DNA of 64,000 nt from Azolla caroliniana (Eukaryota > Plantae > Polypodiophyta), in assembly GCA_043228905.1 (NCBI GenBank), contig JBHGNT010000012.1, forward strand, positions 7,440,001 through 7,504,000, in the 5' to 3' direction. The notes beneath the pieces are model-generated. The model worked only from the letters and a program-made list of their open reading frames with translations. It searched no databases and was not told the origin of the DNA. Positions within the stretch are counted from its first letter, which is position 1. Every line of letters begins with the position of its first letter. A program made the position numbers and the translations under genes. This document shows positions 48,767-62,100 of this stretch, one piece after another.

Positions 48767-50864
48767 CTATTCTTCGTCCAAAATATCCTGAATGCTTTGT
48801 TCGAGAGTCTCCAATGGTTCCTCTGGAATTGGTTGTTGTTGTTGTTGTGGTTGTTGCTACTGTTGTTGCTGCTCCGTTGATTGCTGCTGCGACTGGTCCT
48901 TTGGTGGCTGTTGCGGCTGCTCCTCCGTTTGTTGCTCTGACACCGGCGTCTCCGTCGTTGCTCCCTCCGTCGTAGTGTTCTCCGGTTGACTGGTTCCGGG
49001 CTGGCCCTCGGCCGGCGACGGTTCCTCATCACTAAGGTTAAGCGTTGCCGCTTCCCGTGCTTTTTCTTCCCGAACCCGGGACCGCTCGTAGCTTTCAAAC
49101 TGGATTTGAGCGTCCAGCCTATCATCGTCTAGCTGAGCTACGAGTTGCCGAACCTGCGCCAGCTGTTCATCCGCCAGGACTTGGAAGTCGTCGGCCAGCT
49201 CGTCCCGTATGGCGGTGAAGTCCTCGGAAGTCAACGTATAACAATCATCTCCTTCCTTTCGCCGGTTTGCCACGTCTACCCGTAGCAATTGGAGTTCCGC
49301 CGCATTTTGTGCCCACTTTGTCCACCATCTTACGGAGCTTTCGTCAATCAAGCGTTTTGTCTGATTCAACCATGCCCGGAGGATGCACTGAATCCGGCTC
49401 GTTCCCAACTGCGATTTGGTCTCCGTAGCTTGCCGTTCCTCCTTCAATTGCTTGATGATTTTGACGTTGTCTTCCGCCTGCTCCTTGTAATGCGTCAATT
49501 GCCTTTGATATGTGCTTTGTAATTTTTGCAATACCGTTGACGCTCTCTCCTTTTCTTCCTGCTGCTGCCTCTGCAGCTCCATCCGGACCTTCTCCGCCTC
49601 GTCCAACCGTCTTGTATTTTCCGCACGTTCGTCGGCGATCGCCGTCGCGGCCCGATCAACTTCCTGCTGGAGTTCGGCCATCCGTTCCTTATGCTCCGTT
49701 CCTAGCCGTTTGAAGTCCCGGTGCAGGTGCTCAAAATCATCTGTCTTTTGTTTGAGCCGTGCGTTGATCTGTCGACGGGCCCGGTCCTCGCGGTCCTTCT
49801 GCTGGCAGAGCTCTTCCTTTAGTTGATCAATTTCCGTTTCCGCCGTCTTCCGCAGCTTGTCCTTTTCCTGTAGCACTTTGTCTTTTTCCTCCCTTAGCCG
49901 GTCGTACGCTTGATGGCCTTTCCGGAGGCTCTCCTCTACCCGGCGGAGGTTCTCAGCAGTCTTCTTTAATTCTGATTCAACCGCTGTCTTCAATTCCCGT
50001 TCCCGGCTTCTTGTGCGGCAAGTTCATCTCTCAATTCCGCAAGCTCCTGGGCTTGCACCGCATCTCTCTCTGGAACGGTTTCCGTTGCCGGGGTCTTATT
50101 GGTATGTACAGGTTGATCTGTTTCTTTATTCTGTACACTTACCGGAGTCACCGGTGATTGGATCTGTGTTGCCGTTAAGGCCATTTTGGCCATCTCTGTC
50201 GTGACCTGATCCAGGTCTTTTTCAAGGCACCGGATTCTGAATCGGGCCGTCTCTAGTTGTTCGGTTGTGACGAGCAACCGTTCGCTTTGCGCTCTTTCTT
50301 CCGCCTCAATATACCCAACTGCTCCGGCAATCTGTTCGCCTATCCACCGGAGCCACAGGCTACCGGTGCCTTGTTGCGTTTGCACGGAGGTTTGACGAAT
50401 GGGCTCGCTTGTAGATGGGTGGTCCCGTCTGATTGCGCCGAGTTGCAATTCTGTTTCTGCCCGTGGACCGCCCTGCTGTCTTGGTTCCCCTTGCGCTTCT
50501 TCTTGGTTGGCCGAGGGAGGCTGCATTGACCTTTCCAGCTCTGGCGGGATGGGACTTGCCGGTGTTGCCGGTGGTGCAGGGGCTTTTGATTCCGATGTCG
50601 TGCGCACCGGTTCCGGTTCCTGCCTTGGCGTGGGAGTCTCAGTATGGGGAGTCGGTGTTCCCTCTGTCTGAGGGTCTGAACGTTTCCCGGCTGCCTCAAT
50701 GGTCCTTGCCGACGACCGTCGCTGGAGGTGCTCCGTAGGCTCCTCCTCTATTTCCTCTTCCTGAGTCCCGGCATTGAGTTTTGCCGCCAAGGGGTCCGCT
50801 TCTCTATTCACCGGTCGGCGGAGTGTAACCTTTACGGGCCGTACCGGTGGTTCCTCCTGCGCGT
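48767..50864 (-). pseudogene. Extra ORF, C-terminal part (Pro/Glu-rich linker + coiled coil)
   Basis: ORFs 49990..50864 and 48857..49993; in-frame continuation past a premature TAG to IQDILDEE* at 48767. Confidence 0.8.
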
Positions 50865-51564
50865 TGTCGAGGTTTTCCTCGCGGATGCGTGGAATGAGAC
50901 GGGACCTCGGGGGTCCTGTACCGAAGAGCAAGAGAGAAAGGAGAAGAGACCCACTACGTGCGAGAGTATATTCACAGGGACACGGCCCTTCGACACGAAG
51001 ACGCGAGTGGGACAGCGACACAGAGAGACACGAACGTATGTATGTATTAACAAAGACAAACAACACAACACGGAGTCGGTTACAACCGAACAGGCCGGCG
51101 AACAGATGCCGATACCTGCTCGTAAATGCACAGAGAGGAAGGAGTAGGTTGGAGGTGCTGCCGGAAGCACTCGGGCATTCCCCAGAGCAGCGCGAGCCTC
51201 CCGAAACCTGCACAGAAGGAAGCTATGGCGTTTGCGAACCAGAGAGAGAGAGAAGCCTTCGCCTACGAACCGACAGCACTTCGTCCTCGACTCTCCGCGA
51301 TCCCTTCCTCCTCCTCGTCTCCCTCCTTTTATAGGCAAGAAGGGATCCGTTTCCTATTAACTTCCTACTTACCGAGGATCTCCCATGTCCCTAATCCTCT
51401 CCTATGTTCAACACAAGGTGTACGTGCGTGAAGAACCGGTTCCTATGCTCCGGCGCACCGATTCCGCTTGTGGACGGTTTTCTTCATGACATCCGCCCCC
51501 ACCTAACCGCGCATCCACCGGCATGCGCCAAATTGAGTTGGGACGGAGAAAACCGGTCCAGCCT

Positions 51565-54500
51565 TCATTCCCCGCCCGTAGGTCCTTCCTTGGTTTCGGA
51601 TCGTTCATCGTCCCGGTCCAGGCTATCCGGATCCGGCTCGTTGTCGTGACGCTTCTTGAACGCTTTGATCCGCTTCCCAGCTACCGGTATCGCCACTCTC
51701 GTGCCGTCGAGTTCCGCCAGATGGTACGTCCCGTTGTTGTTGGCGCTTTGTACCACGTAAGGCTCGAACCACCTTCTTGCGAACTTCCGTGTCGCTCGGT
51801 GCTGGTTGTCGAGGCTGCTATCGTAGACTAGCACCCAGTCGCCTTCCTCGATCTTCTTCGGTCGGAGCCGGTGCGTTCGGTCGAACCGGGCTTTGTTCCT
51901 CATCCTTGCTTCCCGAAGCTTTTCCGCAGCCTGCTCCATGTCCTCCGGTCTTCGCTCGAGCTGTCATATACGCGCCGCCAGCAGTTCCTCCCGGCTCATC
52001 TCGTCTCTCCAGTCCACGGTTGCCCACGAGGAGATCGTACGTTCCATTGGCATGATCGGCTTTTGCCCAAACATGAGTTCTACCGGCATGAATCCGGTTA
52101 CCGAACTGTGCGTAGTTTGGTCCGCCCACAACGCGTAAGGCAGCAGCTGCGGCCAGTTCCCGACTTGACCTCCGCATGCCCGAACTAACGCCTTGACGAT
52201 CGGTCCGTGTCCGCGCTCCACCTTTCCATTCGCCTCCAGATTGTACGCAGTGGTAAGCGAGAGCTTGACTCCTAACTGGTCGAACAACTCCTCGGCCTCT
52301 TCGGCGTCCAACTCCTCGCGATCAGCCACGATCAGCCACGATCTTCCCGACGCACCCGTACCGGCATATCACGTCCTCAATCAGGAACCGACATACGGCC
52401 GTGGTCGTTTTGTTCTGAAGGGCCCGGCCTTCTACCTGGTTCGTCAGATCTTCCCGAGCCAGGACCAGATACCGCATCTGTCCTACTCCCATCGGCATCG
52501 TCACCAGGTCTACCATCCATTTGAAGTGGATGGTCGGAGGGTACGTAGGGTGAAGCTCGTCCCGATGTCAGACTACGGAGTGCATCTGACAGCTCTCGCA
52601 AGTCGTCACGAACCGATGCACGTCCCGGTACAGTCCCGGCCACCAGTACTTCCCCTTTATCCTCTCGAACGTGGCCCACGTTCCACGGTGTCCAGCCCAA
52701 GGGCTGTTGTGGTAGGCCGTCAGCAGCTCCTCCTGTTCTTCCTTCATCGCCACCACCCGGAGTGGGACGCCGTTCCTCTTCTTCGGGTGCTTCCATAAGT
52801 ATCCGTCCTGGTGAAAGAATCGGTAAGCTTTCTTCCGGATCCGGTTGGCCTCGTCCTTCGTCCATGACGCATCCGGCATCATTGTCCTCAAAAATCCACC
52901 GATCTGGAGCCACTCGCCGTCGTACCTGCTCTTGTCGAAGTTGTTAAGTGCCGGAGTGCTCGTCCCATCGGTCGTCACGTACGCCGCCTCGAAGAAGCCC
53001 ACGCCGACTTCTTCGTCCTCCGAAACCATGCCGCCCTCGTCATCAAACCTCGCCCTCGAAAGCATGTCGGCCATGGCGTTGTCTTTTTCGGAAATGTGCC
53101 GTATTTCCGGGTCCAGGGACTTGATGTACGCTATCCACCGGAGCATCGCCAAGTCCGGTGTCGCGCATCCGGAAACCATGCCGAGAATCGGCAAGCAATC
53201 CGTCTCGATAACCACTTCTGTCCCGATCAGGTAGTCTTTGTCGGCCTTTACTGCCGAAATGATACCCCAGAGTTCGCGTTTAACCTGGGCGTACCCTCGC
53301 TGTCGTTCACTGAGGACCTTCGCGCCGAATCGGATCGGGAACCGAATGTCGTCCTTGTCCTCTTGGTTGACGACCCATCCGATCCCGGTCGGACTCGTAT
53401 CCACCGTTATGTATACCGGGGTACCCTTCCCGTAGACAGCCTTTCGGAGCGCCGGTGCTAACGCAAGAGCTTCCTTCAGCTTCCGGACCGACTCCGTGTG
53501 CTCGTCTCTCCACTCGAATTTTCGCCCTTTCTTCGGCAACCCGTATAGCGGCTCCGCAACGTGGGCGTAATGCGGGATCCGTATGTGGTAGAATGCGCAT
53601 GCCCCCAGGAACCTCCGAACTTCCGTAACCAAGCTACAGTCGGTCTTCATTGCGGAGATGGCTTCTACCTTTGCCGGAGACGGCTTCCGGCCATATGGTC
53701 CACATAGGTGCCCGACCACCAGGATTTTTGATTGCCCGAAGGCCGATTTCTCCCCGGAGAAGGTGAGCCTCGCATCCTCTAGCCTTTGTAGCACCTTCTC
53801 GCAGTCACCGATGTGTGTTGCCACAAATCGCCGGCATCCGCCCGGCCCGACTGTCTCGTCCTTCTCTTCCACCGGGCACCCTTTGATAGGGATGTCGTCT
53901 AGAAACGGCATGGTGATGTCCGGGATGCAATCCCTCAGTACCTTGTTCATTGCATTCACCATGTGGGCCACCGAGTTGGTCCCTCCTTGCGGCAGGGTAC
54001 ACATTCGCACTAGGCCGAGGGGAGTTCGCATCGTCGTAATGTCTCTGCTCTCCACGGCTAGCTGGAACTAGTCGTATCCCGAGTACAAATCTCCGACTGA
54101 GTAAATCGACCTTCCGGCGAAGGCCTCCGCGAACTCGTCTATGGTCGGTCCGATTCCCGCGTTCCGAATGGTCACTCTGTTGACCGGCTGCAGGTCTTGA
54201 ATGAAGCGCAATGTTCCGTTTTTCTTTGGTACGGTAAACCATCGGTTCGAGTATGGGGCACTCGATGGTTCGAGAATGCCCATATCGACTTTCTGCCTCA
54301 ATAGCTCCATCAACTTCGGGATGTGAGTTCTCGGTACTGGAATCGGCTTGAGATTCCACGGTACATGCGGTACCGTGAATATCACCATCGGCTCCACGAT
54401 TGTCGGGTCTACGCACCCGATCTCTTCCGGTGAGAATGCGAAGGCTTCCCCGTGCCTTCCGAGCATCCTCCGAAACCGGTCTTCCTCCGCCGGCAGTATG

Positions 54501-55045
54501 AACCCGCCCCCACCGATTTTGAGCTCCCGGAGCGTCCCGTCGGTGAAGGTGTGTCCTATGCAGGCCGGATCTCGTAAACTGGGGTCTGACGCAACCCCTC
54601 TGATTCGGGACTCGCTGCCCTCCGGTAAGGGTGCCGCGACTGGCCTTACCTTCCGGTCCACAGTCTTGTACTTCGTGCTAACTCGGGCAGTCCGATCCGA
54701 CCCGAGCCCCTGACTGAAGTCCGCGATGACTTCGTACATCTCTTCGGAACATACCGGTATCGTCTGGTCTTCGCTAAGGTCTTCTCCGGCTACCTTCCTC
54801 AGCATTCCCAAGGTGTCGTCGAAGGAGACCGCCTCCACGGCCCCGCTGATTTCCTCGTCCGGGCCGAGAACTCCGCACGCTCGAAGTCGCACTTCCGCCT
54901 TTGTCTTTTCTCGGCCGACGATGCCGACTATCATACACCCTCCGTTGTTGGAGAAGCAGAATTTCCTACCTATCGTACAGTCGTGGGGTCTTCCCCGAGT
55001 GTCCGGGCTATCTCGGCCCCACGCCTTGGCAGCCCTCTCTAAAAA
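51565..55045 (-). pseudogene. pol: RT-RNase H-integrase (few stops, 10-bp duplication near 52320)
   Basis: YSNRWFTVPKKNG, DLYSGYD, LPQGGTNS, FLDDIPIKG, VDTSPTG, HRG..CESCQ, ANGKVERGH. Confidence 0.9.
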
Positions 55046-57164
55046 TCCTCCCGGTTCTCGGCACCGAGGGATTCACGGTTTCTCTCGTGGTTCGGCCTCA
55101 CTGTCAGAAATTGGACCGAATGGCGCCCGTCCTGGCTTTTGACCCTGGCGTAGGCCGAACCGTTGTCTAGCACCTTGGTCTCCATCCGCGCCGCCGTGAT
55201 GTATGGTTCACCTAATATGACCGGGTGCGAGGACGTCTCCTGTACGAAGAAGTGTTGGTCAATCTCGACGTCGCCGATCTTGACTCGCACGTTCGGGCAG
55301 GCCCCATGCAGTTCCTCAGTGGCGCGCGTCGCCGCCCGTATCTTCCACCCGTGCTTGGTGTTGATCGGCCACTTCCCATTCTTATAGAAGTCCATGGACA
55401 TCAGGTTTATTTCCGAACCATGGTCCACCAATGCCACCACCGGTTCTTGAACATCTCCGATCTTTACCGAGGTCTCCGTGGTCGCTCGGGCCCAGTGTGG
55501 CCTCGAATAGTGGCTCTCCGCCCACTCATCTGCTAGCGCCGAGTCGTTGATGTGCGTTGTCCGCACCTCTACTGGTCTTTCTGGTTCCGTCTCCGTTGAT
55601 AGCCTCTTCCGTTTCACCAAGTCTACAATGGAGTCGTGGAACTCCTTCTTGGCGATCCCTAGCACCTCCCGCAATGACAGCTCCACTTTGTTGTCGAGGA
55701 TCCGTTCTTCTAGGACCTTCCGTAGGTCCGTAGTCCTTTCTATTTCCGTCCCCAATCGGTATCCGCCCTTCCTGGGGTTATCTTGCGAGCTGGACCCACC
55801 GGCATCGTTCCGTCGTTGCCCAAATCGGGTCTCGTACCGTTGTGAGGGCCCGGCCGCTCCGGCTTTCCCCACCCGTTTGTCTTCAACCAGAGCCTCGTAG
55901 TTCCGGCAGGCGGCTTCTACAAAGCCCGTCTTCTCCTCGACCGGATCACTCCACCCGGTTATTTCCCGGACCCGTCTCTCAGCGTGGTCCGTTTCATCTT
56001 TCCTTAGCCGTGCGCCGGCAAGACCTTCCAGCATTGCCGACCAGAATCCGTCTTTACCCTCCTTCCGGGCCTCGCTGCCCCCGACCCGAATGTCGGCCGA
56101 CGCCGAGTAGTGGATGGCCTCCACGTGTCGGGCCGCTGCCTCTTCCATCAGTCTCTTCATTCCTCCTCGCCCGTCGTTTCGGTTCAGGGCCCTCCTGGTG
56201 TCGCCGGCGTGCACCCGACCTTCCCACAGGTACACCACCCGATTCCTCAACGCTTCTACGAAATCGCCGCAGTCCTTCCGGATGTGGCCAACCTCGTCGC
56301 ACCACATGCACCTGTTCCCTGCTGCCGGCCGTCGGTCACAAGCCAGTTCGCCGCCTTCCCTTCGAGTCTGGGCGATCTGGAGATCCTTTATCGCCCGCGT
56401 CAACTCCTCCAGCGTTGCTCCTCCGGACGAGCCATTGACCATGCCGGTCGAAGTTGGACCGGTTTCGAGCCATTCGCGGGTTTCTTCCCTTCGCACTTGC
56501 GGTGCCGGTTCAAGCCTCCTTGCTGTGACAGAGCCCGCACCGGCCGCCCCGTTGTCAGCCCATTCTCGCCGTTTATCGAAACGGCCACAGACTCTCTTAA
56601 CCGCAGCACAGTCGGTTGTCAGGCCGTCCTTGGTTTCCAGCAAGGAGCCGACTTGGTCCCGGTCCCACTCGTCCACCGACATGACGAACAGTAGGACCCG
56701 GCTCGTATCCAGAACGGTTTGGTCAAGCGCCGAAAGGCGCGCAAAGCGTTCTTCGAACTCCCGGAGGAGTGCCGTCGCGTTTCTTCCCTTGCCGGGGAAC
56801 TCCACCCATTCCATGAAATCCCGTTTTGAAAGCCGGAGTGCGTCGTCCAGCCCGTATTTTTCTAGGAGTCGGCCTTCGAACTCCTCCCAGGTACGGCTCT
56901 CCGCCCGCACCTCGAGCACCTCCGCATGGATGCTCGGCATCGCCACTCGAGGAAACCCGGCAAGACGCCTCTCTTCCGGAATGTCCCGCATCAACATTTC
57001 TGCCCCGTAGGACGCCAAATACTTCGTGGCATCCTTCCCGCTGAACCGGCCAATCGTACCGACGACCGCCTCAATGGCTCTGTCGAGGGCGCCGGTGCCC
57101 TCGCGTGCACTCAATATCCGATCCACGGCCGAAGCCATGGCCTCTGCAAGATCCGACCCTTTCA
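55039..57164 (-). CDS. gag: Gag-protease
   Basis: GRFSGKDATKYL, CMWCDEVGHIRKDC knuckle, ALVDHGSEINLM, VILGEPY; the longer predicted ORF start lies in the LTR. Confidence 0.88.
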
Positions 57165-57187
57165 TCTTCTGCTCTTCTACCACCTCT

Positions 57188-57205
57188 TTCACGTCGGGTT
57201 CACCA
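57188..57205 (-). promoter_or_regulatory. PBS complementary to tRNA-Trp
   Basis: TGGTGAACCCGACGTGAA matches the plant tRNA-Trp 3' end TTCACGTCGGGTTCACCA (recalled, not searched). Confidence 0.88.
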
Positions 57206-57838
57206 AAGATGTCAAGGTTTTCCTCGCGGATGCGTGGAATGAGGCGGGACCTCGGGGGTCCTGTACCGAAGAGCAAGAGAGAAAGGAGAAGAGACCCACT
57301 ACGTGCGAGAGTAGATTCACAGGGACACGGCCCTTCGACACGAAGACGCGAGTGGGACAGCGACACAGAGAGACATGAACGTATGTATGTATTAACAAAG
57401 ACAAACAACACAACACGGAGTCGGTTACAACCGAACAGGCCGGCGAACAGATGCCGATACCTGCTCGTAAACGCACAGAGAGGAAGGAGTAGGTTGGAGG
57501 TGCTGCCGGAAGCACTCGGGCATTCCCCAGAGCAGCGCGAGCCTCCCGAAACCTGCACAGAAGGAAGCTATGGCGTTTGCGAACCAGAGAGAGAGAGAGA
57601 AGCCTTCACCTACGAACCGACAGCACTTCGTTCTTGACTCTCCGCGATCCCTTCCTCCTCCTCGTCTCCCTCCTTTTATAGGCAAGAAGGGAGCCGTTTC
57701 CTATTAACTTCCTACCTACCGAGGATCTCCCATGTCCCTAATCCTCTCCTATGTTCGACACAAGGCGTACATGCGTGAAGAGCCGGTTCCTATGCTCCGG
57801 CGCACCGATTTCGCTTGTGGACGGTTTTCTTCACGACA

Positions 57839-58539
57839 GCGTCCGTTGGCCGCTTCCAACTGGCGCTCTCCTTTCCCACCTGTTCTGCGTCCACTGCCTT
57901 CCCCTTAGTGGCCTTAGAGGCCAACAACTGTTGTCTTTTGGAAGCCGTCTTCGGGGTGCCGTCCGCCACTCTTCCCCGCTTCTTGGGCTGGACGGGCTGG
58001 ACGGGTGGCACAAGTAAGGTGAGCCACTGCGTTACGGCGTGCCATATCCTCCGTCCGTCTCGGCCTTCTTTGTCGTCTTTGCCTCTGACGATCTCGATCG
58101 CCGCACACAAACCGTCTGCGATCAATACCGGCCAATCCACCTTGATCCCTTCATAGGTGGCGATGATCATCCCTGCCCGGTTCTATGGCATGATAGGGGG
58201 TCTAGGGTACACATGGCCGTATTCGTGGAGCACATGAGCAATCTCGCGGAACATCATATCTCCGCCGCCCTGTGTCCGGTAGCCTTTGCTGGCTAGGGAG
58301 TACTCACCAAAATACTTGATGAGTTGCTCTGAGGTTGGGTTGTCAATCGTGAGTATGCCTCCCTCTTGAAGGCCTGTTAACGCACGTATCGCCTCTGTCG
58401 TTATGACGTCTGTGTCAATTTCTTTGATCACCTTGTCAGCTTCTTTGTGTGGCAGTCCCTCCATAATCATCAAGAAGCCCTCGAGCCCGTGTTGCTTTAG
58501 CCATTTCTTGGCAGCTTTCGACAGCGTCTGCGGGTCCAT
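57839..58539 (-). pseudogene. Extra ORF, N-terminal part (plant-mobile-domain / Transposase_32-like)
   Basis: WLKQHGLEGFL..ITTEAIRALTGLQEGG..EGIKVDWPVLIADGL; joins 50864 in frame (PTDAQEE) when the nested element is removed. Confidence 0.65.
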
Positions 58540-59119
58540 GTCTGTGTCGAGGTCGGATTGTGGTGGCGAGGTTGGCTGGTGATGAGAGTGGGAGTGAGAG
58601 AGAGAGAGTTCAGAAGGTGGGGGTTCTCTGGGTTCTCTGTGCGTAGGTTCTCGTCTGATGATCTTGCAGCGCCTTGGTGCTTCTCTGCTCTTGGGTTCGC
58701 GAAAGTAGAGGGTTTCCACGCGCAGTGGTTTTTCTCTGTGCATTCTGGCGCCTTTCTCGAGTGTGTGCAAGTCGTGTACTAAAATAGCATTATGTCTTGT
58801 GGTGGCGCTTAAATGCCCACTACGTACCTTTTCGCTCCTCGCTCTCTCGTCCATTCATACCTCACTTTTGCATGATTACTTCGTTTTTTTTATTTATTTT
58901 TACTTTATTTAAAATGTTAGTGTGAGGTTACTTGTCCATTGGTCCTATCGGACCCTTACCGGCCTCATTACGGTTTTCCGAGGCCTCATTCTCCCCTGTT
59001 ACCGGCTTGCCGTCTCCTCCGTCTTTGTGGTTGTCGTTCCCCTCACAAGTTGCCGTTTCCTCACCGGTGTCGGTCCTGTCCTCAAATGGGTTTTTGGGCA
59101 TTGGTCCTCTATATGGCTT

Positions 59120-59160
59120 TGTAAACGTAAGTGTTTGCGGAAGCGTAAAATAGAGAACAA

Positions 59161-59197
<37 letters not shown>

Positions 59198-62100
59198 CGA
59201 GAGAGACAAAGAGAGCCGAACGTAGTTTCAAAATTATATCAAGACTCTGTATATACATTGTGCTAAGTAGCACTATTTATACAAGTCCTCTTGGGACTGA
59301 TAGAAGTACCATGTACTTCAATGCTTTACACAAGCATCTGACACTTACTACGAGACTATAGCTACCTAGTAGTCTATCCTATACTAGGCTTCCGATTGCA
59401 CCCGGCCTCCACTGCTTGCCGGTTCGGTTGCTCACCGTCATACCGATCCGTTTTGCCTGATCCGTCTCGCTTACCAGCTCCGGCTTATTCAGCCGATCCG
59501 GCTCTGGTTGAGCTTGCCGCTCAACACTCCCCCTCAAGCTCAACCTGAGGTGGGGTCGTAGTGTCGACCTCTGTGGCAGTCGGTTCTTCCAACCAACTTC
59601 TCCTGGCGTCACTCTGCCTTGGTCGCGCTCCTCGTCCAGTCCGGTCCCGTTTGCCGCGACCCCTTTGGTTTTGCGCGCCTCGACCTTCTCGGTCGGCATG
59701 TCTGCTCAATAGGCCCATCTCAGCACTCACGTTGTTGTGACTCCGGCGCTTGCCGATCCGTCGGTTCTCCCACGATGGCATCGACTTCCGCTGTGTCCGT
59801 GTCCCCTTGGCCTTCAGTCAATCCGACTCATCCGAATCCATCTGTTGGTCCGAGTCAGCTGTCTCCGACTCGTTCCAGCTCTTGTCCGAATCGGTACACT
59901 ACGATTCAACTTCCGGCTTCAGGCCTCTCACCACATCGGACCACATCCGATTCTTGGCCTTCTCCATGCTTCCCTCGGCTTCTTCAGCCGGTGAACCGAA
60001 ATCGAATTCTTCATTCGACTCCGCATCATGGTCAGTGCCGTCGTGATGACCTCCGCACAGCGTGCACTTCTCTTCCTGAGTGCACAACTCTTCTTCACAG
60101 CCACTTGCTCCGACCTGTTCGGATGTGTCGACTTCCTTCGTCGACTCGGCTTCCTTCATCTTCTTGTCTCCTCTTCTTCCGGCTCTCCTCTTACCAACGG
60201 GTTCAACAATTTTTTGGCCTTTGCCCGTTTCGGTAAAGACTTTGCCCTTGCTTCTCCCCCTCAAGTGCGGCACGTCGAGATGCTGAATACCAAGCATGTC
60301 GGTAAAGTGCTACAACTTGTCCGATCCGAGTGGCTTGGTGAAGATGTCGGCAACTTGCCGATCCGTATGAACATAGCGTAGGTCAACTTCACCGCTCAGG
60401 ACCCGCTCACGCACGAAGTGGTAGTGCACCTCGATGTGCTTTGTGCGAGCATGGAACACAGGGTTCCTGGCGAGCTGCAGGCTGCTCATGTTATCGCAGT
60501 AAATCGGGATCGGGGTTGGTGGCTCGATCCGCAAGTCTCACAGTAGTCGCCGAAGCCAGATGGCTTCACAAGTGGCTACGGTAGCGGCCCGGTACTCAGC
60601 CTCAGTGCTTGACAAAGCCACTGTGGGCTGCTTCTTGCTGCTCCACGCAATGGCCGCGCTACCTATGGAGAACATGTATCCGGAAGTGGAGCGGCGATCA
60701 GACGCATCGCCGGCCCAGTCAACATCTGTGTAACCGACAAGCTCTTCGGGTATACCTCGCCGGTATAGCAGTCCCCGGTCCTTAGTGCCGCTGACATACC
60801 GCAATATTCGTTGCGCGCACTGAAGGTGCTCCACGGTCGGCTTCTGCATGAACTGACTTACCATGCCAACCGGATAGCTGATGTCGGGTCGGGTGATGGT
60901 TAAGTAGATCAGGCTTCCGACAACCTGTCGGAACCGTTTCTCATTGCAGGCCGGTCCGGAGTTGGGATAGAGCTTCTGGTTCCGGTCCAGGGGTGTGGAG
61001 ACAGGTCGGCAATTCGTCATGCCGAACTTATACATCATATTCAACACGTAATGTCGTTGTGAGAGCAATATGCCGTTGGGGGTCCGGATCACTTCGATCC
61101 CAAGAAAATAATGAAGGTCCCTCAGGTCCTTCATTTCGAATGCGTCCGACAACTGGGACTTGACGCGGTTGATTTCGGGAAGACCCGGTCCGGTGATGAC
61201 TAAATCATCCACATACAAGAGTATACATACCGGACCGTCAGAGCCTTGCCGGATGAACAACGAAGAGTCCGACTTAGAGACAGCAAACCCCAGCTTACGC
61301 AACCGGTGCGTGATCTTCGCGTTCCAGGCTCGGGGGGCTTGCTTCAAGCCGTAAAGCGACTTCCTCAGTCGGCATACCGCCGACTTGTTCATCTCCGATT
61401 GAAATCCGGGGGATTGAGTCATAAAGACTTCTTCTTCAAGCTCTCCTTGAAGGAAGGCGTTCTTCACATCCATCTGGTGAAGATGCCACCCCCTTGCCGC
61501 AGCAACCGCCAGTACCACACGAACCGTCGTCATCTTTGCCACAGGAGCGAAGGTCTCGTCGTAGTTGATTCTGTGGGTCTACGCGTATCCCTTCGCCACT
61601 AACCGGGCTTTGTACCGGCTAACAGAACCGTCGGCGTTGTACTTGACCTTGTACACCCACTTGCATCCGATCGGTTTACAGTGACGGGGAAGATCAACTA
61701 GGTCCCAAGTTTCGTTGGCATCGAGTGCCCGCATTTCTTCGTCCATAGCGGCACGCCAATTTGCGTCCTTTGCCGCTTCTGCGTAGCTCTCCGGCTCACG
61801 CACTTCTGTCACCTTAGTCATGTACGCATAATGATGCGCCATGTATTCATTGTACCCGTACCGCATGACGGGATCCTTCTGGCGGGTTGATCTGCGCAAT
61901 GCACCGTCATCTGATTTGAGGCCCTTCTTGGCCAGTTCGGTCTTCGTTGCCGAAGATCCACCTTTCTCCTTTCCGGAGTCGGATACGCACCGATCCGACT
62001 CATTGTTGCCGGTTTCGAATTCCGGCATCTTCCTCTTCCCCTTCTCTTTGCGCGTGAACCGTTTCCTCGGTTCCTTGCGCGGGGAGAGCACGACAGAGTC

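Larger units (their letters stand above)
50865..57838 (-). mobile_element. Full-length fungal-type Ty3/Gypsy with tRNA-Trp PBS and 4-bp TSD
   Basis: LTRs 50865-51491 and 57210-57838, TSD GCGT, PBS 57188-57205, G-rich PPT ggtgggggcgga at 51492-51503. Confidence 0.95.
48281..59119 (-). mobile_element. Family A-related Gypsy copy 3 (3' part: IN tail, extra ORF, 3' LTR)
   Basis: IN tail KPYRGPMPKNPF near 59085-59119 matches copy 1 KPYLGPMPPNPF; extra ORF; LTR 48281-48712. Confidence 0.85.

Noticed and set aside
50865-51213. Shared N-terminus MQVSGGSRCS... of ORFs 49990..51213 and 55039..57558
   Set aside because: Both are translations of the two LTR copies, not a duplicated protein domain
55842-57637. 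Long plus-strand ORFs antisense to gag
   Set aside because: Expected shadow ORFs in GC-rich coding sequence; no motifs
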